A stretch of DNA of 57,296 nt, the filler included, from Sluysia triapertura (lineage: Eukaryota), in NCBI GenBank assembly GCA_046118255.1. It is 4 parts of 4 records of this genome, joined end to end, with 100 filler letters (N's around TTAATTAATTAA, not from the genome) between each part and the next. Parts side by side here need not be neighbours in the genome. Positions count along the whole stretch, not along the records: positions 44,209 to 57,296 come from JBJNIA010060538.1; 3 more parts are not named here. One strand, written 5' to 3'. This document shows positions 48,935-57,296 of this stretch, piece after piece. Position numbers and translations under genes: made by a program. Under the pieces are notes generated by a model. It had not been told where the DNA came from. It searched no databases and saw only the letters and a list, made by a program, of their open reading frames with translations. Each line of letters starts with the position of its first letter. The first letter of the stretch is position 1.

Positions 48935-50462
48935 ATGCAGTTAATGATGCTTAATGTTAAGACGATGTATCAATCTAAGCACTATAAAGTTAATCATATT
49001 GAAATTGAAGAGCTTAAAAGCGGCGGTAATGACATTGAATATTATAAATCTGAAAACGACAACGATTATCTTAAACATTTTAGTGATGATAAATTTAACG
49101 TTAAACATAACTTTAGCGACATCAATGATTACAAGGACCGTATTCTTGATGTAAAGATTGTTGAACACCATAAATGTAAAAATACTACGCTAAACAATTT
49201 ATAGACGATAAATTTGGTGCTAAATATTACTATAACATCATCGAGAAATATAATGACCACAATCTTAAAGTCAAGATTTATTGTACCTATGATGATATAA
49301 CTAAAAATGATAGATTCACTGTTAAATATCGTTATAACAACATCAACGATCATAAAGACTATATTTATAAAGTCGCGACTAATTACATTCATGATTATAA
49401 ACTTAAAGATGTTTTAATGTTAAATTGTAATATAAAAATAGTAATGATTACAAAGACATTAATCTTAGATGTAATACGTATTATATCCTCAATGATAAAA
49501 TTAAAGATGATAATTTCAATACTGTGTATCACTATCACAATTCTCAATATTATAAATATGATAACAATTATTTTAATAACTTTAAAGATAGTCATGACGA
49601 TTCCAATCACTATGAAGACGGTAACGAGTTTTATAACGAGTATTGTACCGAGTTTTATAAAGATAAAGATTGTGATGATAATATCGAGCAGAAGAAAGAT
49701 GACAGAAGATTTCTTGAACAATGTATAGAAGATGATCGCAATTCAAAACAATATGGTGATAAGGATGTTTATAAAACTCAACATAACAATGCTGATCCAC
49801 ATGAAATGAATCTTGCTATACAAGAGAATATTTTAATTAAAGTTATCCCCTTTTGTCCCTGCTACGCACGTGATGATGCAATTTGTATAAAGAACGGAAT
49901 AAGTTTTCCTTATATTCATAAGCTCAATGAATTCGAAACTAATCAACTATGCCAAAGTGTTAATTCTTGCTTAGTGGCAAATACTCAAAAAAAGCTACTA
50001 ACGAAACTTGAAAAAGTAATGACTATCTTTTATTTGAATAATAATTATAATTATGATTTGTCTTCAGGTAATGGAAAATGGAGCAAATCTCAGGACATAT
50101 ACAGAACGAAATATTTAAACATTAACAATCTGTATTTTGAAAACTTTAATAAATTTCTCAATGTCTGTACTTATTTACTTGTTGATTATAATGCAAAAAT
50201 GTCAGCAAATTTTTTAGCTATAATAAAATTTAAAATAAATTCTAAAATAAACCAAGATTTCAATAAATACCTAAGATATTTTCGAATAAAGCTAATAAGA
50301 GAATTAATTCTAACTTCTAATCGAATTTTAATATCATTAAATTTACCATCAACAAATACAACATTACCAAATAAGTTATCAACCGTTAAATTTACCAGCA
50401 ATTATATTATACCAAATAAACATCATACATTATTAATTCATTGTACTCAACTCAATTCATGA
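48935..50462 (+). pseudogene. Unknown ~500-codon D/N/Y/K-rich repeat protein, disrupted
   Basis: Repeated peptide DDKFNVKHNFSDINDYKD / DDKFGAKYYY / DRFTVKYRYNNINDHKD / FNVKL*YKNSNDYKD across two frameshifts, continuing into the 312-aa ORF 49524-50462. Confidence 0.45.
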
Positions 50463-52046
50463 ATTATATAACTTCAAACCACAAAATCTTATAATAAAAA
50501 TCAAATCAATTAGATCAAATTGTAATAACCAAATACGTTAATATTATGCTCCTTGTTGTATGAGCCCTCATGATCGCTATTATCAGTTATCATTTTTTAT
50601 TTTTACTTATAAATAACCTTTTAGCATAATTTCAAATATGGAACCATCAGGACTCCAAACTCAATGTATTTTGGAAAAAATTACCTTTTTGTTAAAAATT
50701 ATGTTTTTATTAAAATTAAGTTTTAATTAAAAATTAGATATATTAATTAAAAATTGTTAATTAATGAAAAGTTTATTTAAATTGAAGAATAAAAAGTTGT
50801 TCCTTATTGAAAATATAATTTTTCTATTAATTTTCTTTTATTATAATTAATTTTAAATTTAAATTTTATTTTTAATTTTTAATATTCTAAAATTGTACAA
50901 TTTAATTTTATAATTATATATTTTATTATGAGTTTTCTTGTGCAAGTTTTAAATAGATTAAGAATAGATTACGACGTTGATAGAGATGAGACATTTCTTA
51001 GAATTAAAGTTGAGAGAGATAAAAAAATTTCTCAGCGATGTTTTTCGAGACGAAACTTTTCTCAGAATGGAATCGGTGAAGGATTCTAGACGAATTCAAA
51101 ATATGTTTAGAGATATCAGTAATTTTGAGAAAACCAGATATGAGTGTTTTGCAAAAATGTTGATTATATTTGTTGTACGTTAAATAATCAAGTTGAATGC
51201 AGCAAGTTGCTTAATTTGCAAGATAATTTATAATATTATAATGAACGTTACTGAATTTCCATGTTTTTTCTTCAAAAGTTTCAGACAGAGTTAGAGCAAA
51301 ATGTGTAAATTATTGCGAAACGTGTAACCACATGTCCGACACTAAGCACATCGTGTAACATTAAGTTAATTAATTAAAATAAGAGTCCTATCTCGATAGC
51401 AATACTGCCTGTAAAAATGAAACACTAAGACTAGTTCAAATTTTATATTTAGATTCACGTGGATTAAAGACTAAAAGAGTACATGCTTATGAAGCTTTGA
51501 AAGAAAAGGCTAGTATTTTAACGAAGCAAACTTAATGATGTCAATTAGAGACACGATATGACTATGTTTTATTTAGAGTCGTTAAAATTTTTTTAGATTT
51601 TTCATAGATGCGTTAAATAGTATCGAAGAGTTGATAACTAGAGTGTTCATGACAGGAGGATCGCTCAGAAAATATATCGGAACTTATATATTGTGTTTCT
51701 GGAGACGTCGCTGAATGCCGAAGCTTGATTTTCCATATTGGATGTGGTATCATATTGTCAAATGAACATTGTTATTTTATCTATTATTTTCGTTCTATTG
51801 TTATTTTTTACAATTTGTGTTTTTCTTGTTCAATTTATATGATTAAGGACCTTAAGTCAACTTTTATAAAGATAAGTGTTTTAAAAGTTTATAAATTTAA
51901 TCATTTTTTCATAAATTATTGTTCAACCAAATTAATAAACTACTAATCTTTTTTATCATAATTAACAAACAACTAAAGAAAAACCATTAAATATAGTAAC
52001 ATTAAAAATGTATTCTTTTTAAAGGTTAATATCGATTTAAATGACT

Positions 52047-52137
52047 CATTTTGTCAAAAAATACTACTTATAATCAATCTTATATCTATTATTTTGATGA
52101 AGAGGCATATATATAAGTAGTATTTTTTGACAAAATG
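52047..52137. repeat. Perfect 26-bp inverted repeat with a 39-nt spacer
   Basis: CATTTTGTCAAAAAATACTACTTATA (52047-52072) and its exact reverse complement (52112-52137). Confidence 0.9.
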
Positions 52138-54107
52138 CGTTTATTTTATTTAATCTATTGGTTTTAGTATGGTAGTGAAAATATAAGAAACACGAATAAA
52201 TTTTGAAAGTTTATTAAACACAAAATAAGGATTAATAAAATGTACGAGTTATAAGTAATACTTAAATCCACACTTAATATTACGAAGAATTTTTTAGTTT
52301 ATATTAATTGATATTTGCGTAAGTAAAATAAAACTTTCTACAGCAGTGGATAAACGAATAAAATGTGTAATCACTATCTTGCTCCCTTAGATATATAATG
52401 TTTATAAATCTCTAGCAAGGTAACTAATAACTTTAACCGAATAACCACGAACAATAACTGCAACATAATCTGCCAAATAACTAAAATAATACAGATATTC
52501 TCCAAATACTTCATTTAAACTTGAAAAACAAAACTATGTGTTACCATTTTTACTTCCTTATATACTGACTTTTTATCTCTTATGCATATTGCCTGGTTTT
52601 AATAATTACCTCGTCATAATCATACATTTACTGTGGTCGCCTCGTATTGCATGTCAATCTGGCCTTGATTTTATTTTATAGACGTTCACTTATGTAATAC
52701 AATATAGTGTATGATGTATTTGCTAATTTTCAATATTTTCATGTTACGGTTAGAACTACATTATGTTACACGTTCATATCGTGTAACCTATTTTTGTCAC
52801 GAAATGATATTTATTTTATTTAATTATCATAATAATACTAATAATAATAATAATCATCATCATCATCACCACAATCATCATAATATAATCATAATCATAA
52901 TCATTATTATTATTATTATTAGTTTACTACCTTACACATTGATCATTGTGCATTTTAGGACAATTTTAAAAGGTTCTCTACGCATATAATCGACGTTTCA
53001 GTCTACAAACACCTTAAATGCAAAAAAATATAGTTTATTCATAGACTCAAGTAAAAATATACTATTATTAATATTTATATTAGTTTTTAATGAATAACTA
53101 TAGAAATATTAAAATAGGTTTTTTCAATTGCATTCATGTACAATTAAAATATTAATTTTTAAAACAACCTTAGAAGTTATCGATAAATGGTGTATTCTAT
53201 TCGTAGGCATTTTGTATACTTATATATAAATATACTTTCACAGTTTTTGCAGATTTGGCATTTAGTAGTGAGGATATAAAATTTAGAGAATAAAATTAGA
53301 TTTATATAGATACAATCCCATTTCGACGATTTAATTATTTTAAGTGCTACATTTAATTTCCATTTACAAATTAAAAAAGGTTATTTCGCATGATATATTC
53401 ACTTCACATGGAAAATAAATATAAAGAAATTAGCTAATATTTTTAGATAATAAAATATGGGAAAATAAAAAATGGTAACAATTTATACAATAATAAGATG
53501 ATAAGTTTCATATTGTTTATATCAAAAATCTATAAATTACTGAAATTGTTTAAAAAAAGATAAAGTTTTTTGCTATTTTAGAAATATTGTGATGAAGTTA
53601 TTCTAAATTTTTATTTCACAATAGTTATTATAATGTGAAAATAATTTTATAATTTAAAGTAAAACTTAATAAAATAGAATTCAGAAGAAACTTCTCAGAA
53701 GAAATATCTCAATTATGTAAAATTCGTAGTTTCATCTCTACCATCAAAAACAGTTATAGAAACTGATTATAAATTTAGATAAAATAAAGATTACCTATTC
53801 AAAAATATTCTATTATAAATCAATAATTAAATTAACACGAAATCTCAGCACATTTTTAATTATCACAATAACTAAAAATTGTTCTTTTATAATAATATGC
53901 TTTCAATATAAAATCTCAATATATCTTTTAATTATCACAATAAATTAATCAATATTCTTTTATAATAACATATCTTCAATACACAAATTTAAAGTTATAA
54001 ATCACTATCTTATAAAATAATAAATTTATAAAAATTCAGGGGTGACTCTCGTATTAATAATAAAACTATAGATTACTAACCTTAAAAACCCACTCTTTGA
54101 ATTTTAA

Positions 54108-55163
54108 CCCTTTAAATACAGATATACATTTAACAAGCAAGCCGCTCACGCACAAAAATTTTCCAATAAAAATTATTTATTTTGTTTTAGGACAATATTT
54201 TATGTCGAAACAACCTGGACTTAAGATCCTTTAAGAAAAACATTATTGAAATACTAGAACACAAATCAAAATAGTAAGATACACGACCTTCTATTAAAAA
54301 TTTATAACAGAAACATAAGAATTTAAATTTTTAGATTCACTAGCAATCTTCCGCAAAAATAGAGACAAATGAAAAATGACATCCTTAGAATATCGATCCA
54401 GACCGTAGCAATGCAAGAGTCCTTCGATTTGGTTCATATGTAATCCAGCCGATTCAACTTGTCGAATTTCAAATTTAAAAATAATTTCCATATTGGGTTT
54501 CATACATAAATCATAGCCAACAATCATCACATTCACGATTCATTTCACGCATCCTTAGAGTATCGATCCAGACCGTAGCAATGCAAGAGTCCTTCGACTT
54601 GGTTCATATGTAATCCAGCCGATTCAACTTGTCGAATTTCAAATTTAAAAATTATTTCCATATTGGGTTTCATACATAAATCATAGCCAACAATCATCAC
54701 ATTCACGATTCAATTCACGCAACCATTTTAAAACTTTCTAAAACTGTATTTCATTTCAAACTGAATAACATCATTAATTTTCTGTTCATATTCTTGTACA
54801 ATATCATTCATATTTATTACAGAAGCCAAATCAACTGTTATTTGGAAAAATATTAATGCGTCTGTACTTAATTTACTAGGAGTATTGCATGAAACAATTT
54901 TTCAATTTGACTGATTCGATTTTTAAATGAACAGTAAGTTGAATATCTTTATTTTTATTTGAATGTCAAATTTCATGACTACTTCCTGCAAGCTTAAATT
55001 TGTCATTGATTAAATTTAAATACAGACCAAAAAGTAATAAATTACTTGAGTTTCTGCCCTGTGCATCTAAATGAATTCAGATATTCATAACATAGATAAG
55101 TGACATCCGTCCCCGGAGAAATTCGCTTATTGACAGCCGTACTTCACAGCCGCAATTAAAGGG
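54108..55163 (-). mobile_element. Internally deleted piggyBac element (1056 bp) with TTAA TSD
   Basis: TTAA-CCCTTTAAATACAG at 54104 and CCGCAATTAAAGGG-TTAA ending 55167; minus-strand RVSYYFDLCSS..LSPGCF resembles a decayed Cys-rich tail. Confidence 0.7.
54380..54719. repeat. 170-bp tandem duplication (2 units)
   Basis: Units 54380-54549 and 54550-54719 differ at 4 positions by eye. Confidence 0.95.
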
Positions 55164-57148
55164 TTAATCAATTGCAAAAGATAAGTCCTCAATCACAATG
55201 TCATTCACATATGTGTTGAAGCAGCGCTCTTAATGGAGATAAAGTTGTGTAAAATCTTCTGCTTATTTGAGCTATTTTTTCTTTTTCTAATTTTGCTAAA
55301 GAAATCTGATTGTTTTTGTAGAAGTTGGGTAATCGTTTAGGTGATTGAAACTTGGAAAAAACGGAAATAATTACTTATTAAACTATTCATTCTTTTTAGT
55401 CGGTCATAAGCCGATCAATTTTAATAATAAAATTTCAATAGTAATTTCCGTCGGTTTCCATTGTCTTTTGCAATTACCCAAATATAATGAAATTTGTGTT
55501 AAACAATGCCCCTATATTTTCAGCATAATTAAATCAAAATTTAACATCCTGTTATTAACACAATTTATTAATTTTTCATAGAAATCTTATGAAAAATATT
55601 ATTATAGAAATTATTATAATACGTTATGCGTTAACCAAACCCAACACATCTCCGTTCGCCAAAAAGTGCTTGTCCTCAAGACTACGAACAACTACGAACA
55701 ACTACCTACTAATATCCAAACAAATAAGAAAGAACTAGAAATGATAAAACAGCTAATACAAAAAAGAAATGTATTTAATTTTTACTTAATTATAATAATT
55801 TATTTAATTTTGTCACAATTCTAATGTCTAACTAACTGAACGCCCTAAGGATTTATTCAAGTTGTATGTCAACTCTGGTACGACTATACGCACGTCTAGA
55901 AGCCGATATTTCATCATAAAAAGAAATAAACACGAATATAGAGTTTGCAAGGCATTTAATATGGTCGAGTAAATTACTTTTATAATTTTTGTCAATTTCG
56001 TGCAGTTTATGCGTATGCACGTTTTAAAACCACATTATTGTAATTAACAAATGTACTTATTAAAAGTTTATCAATGTATTTCGCTAATGGCTACACTTAT
56101 TTATTAACAATAATTATTTTCCGACTATATGGATAATCGTTTTGGTAAATTTTTTAGAAATTGAAACGCCTATCTTTTACTTGAAAAAGAAGTAATTTAT
56201 AATAAAATGGATATTGATAATATTGATTTTAAAATTATTACTGAATTAATTAATACTGAACGTAAAAATGAAGGAGATATAATTGATTATTTAAATATAG
56301 TATCAATTGATGTTATTGGTAATTGTGAAGAAATAATAGAATTTTACAAGATAATGTATATTTTTTAAATCATATTGTTTAAAATCAAAAAGTTTACTTA
56401 AAGTAAGATATTATTGGCGAAATATTGTAAAAGGCTCTGGACATCAATCTGTTCAACATGCTAAAAAAGTTAGACGTTCTAAATCCACAGAAGTATATCC
56501 GAGAAGTATTTCTTCAAATTTGATGGCAGTTAAACAGAAATTATCAAAAGGCGAATGTACTGTTGAACAACACTTTGAAATTCTTAACACTAGATGAGGG
56601 ACTGTAGTGGATTTTGCATATTTGTTCGTTTTATAGTTTAAATTAAAAATTAGTTTAAAAGCATTTAATTTCGGCTTAAGGCCTTTAGCGAAACAAAATA
56701 ACATTATTATGAACAATTCAAATAAAATTAAAACAGAGAATTTTGTTTTAAACAATAAAATAACAGAGATAATACAAGAGCATACCTCTAAGAAATAATT
56801 CTTCAGTAAGAAGATATGTTCTGGTTTGACTATTAGGACGTAATTTTAATACATTTCTTGTTAAAACATCTAACAATAAAACATACAACCAATAATTATA
56901 GAAAATAATGATTGTTGTACCATAAACATACCACATTATGCATAAGTATGTTATAATTTCCGTTGAATCATAATAGACTATGATAAGATTCACATAGGAA
57001 CACAAAGACGTCATGATAACAAAAAATGTGGATAAATAATTGCTTTAAGTGTTAGAAGATATTTAACTAAAAAATAACGTTCATGTGGCCGAGTACATTA
57101 TTTGATATCGTTTTATACAAATTATGATTATTTTTGAGATTAAATATA

Positions 57149-57296
57149 CCGTAATTTCCGGCGTATAAGGCGCACCCTTTGACATAGAAATTTTGAAAAA
57201 TTGCACATGCGCCTTATAAGAGGATTTTGCAAAGAATAAAATATTTACAGATTTTTTTACATTTTTATTTATTATAACGTTTAATTCACAACTGAA
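57149..57296 (+). mobile_element. pogo-type DNA transposon end
   Basis: TA-CCGTAATTTCCGGCGTATAAGGCGCA, 18/26 identical to the 1057 MITE TIR; inverted copy TGCGCCTTATA at 57208-57218. Confidence 0.7.

Noticed and set aside
48941-49800. Multiple overlapping and antisense ORFs suggesting dual coding
   Set aside because: By-product of NAY triplet periodicity in the D/N/Y-rich frame.
51190-51760. TRIM-like RING/B-box fragments (CLICK..FPC; YCETC)
   Set aside because: Metal ligands incomplete and frames broken; not supportable.

Overview
Very AT-rich animal (metazoan) genomic DNA with short spliceosomal introns (about 37-140 nt). It is four contigs joined by artificial 100-bp N-TTAATTAATTAA-N spacers (15265, 27960, 44109), so adjacency across the spacers means nothing. 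The only clearly intact, recognisable long gene is WDR36/UTP21 (minus, 26380 to about 24238); one long low-complexity exon (16064-17032) is also open. The rest is decayed material. Host gene fragments: KLHL10-like, LDLa-like membrane protein, discoidin/F-type lectin, MAPKAPK2, Shaker-superfamily Kv, ELK/KCNH, TRAF, MTA, BCCIP-like and NT5DC2/3, several fused into chimeras. Mobile elements: Ty3/gypsy remnants and LTR-like segments, pogo-type, hAT and piggyBac pieces, and a decayed Polinton/Maverick (ATPase-integrase-pPolB). The most interesting unexplained signal is a 45-55 nt structured motif present in at least 7 copies on three contigs. Its stems covary while its loop and flank residues (CC...UAAGY, GGACUC) stay conserved. 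It resembles, but does not match, twister/twister-sister ribozymes and sits in LTR-like repeats. All assignments are by manual translation and recall of family motifs; no searches were run.
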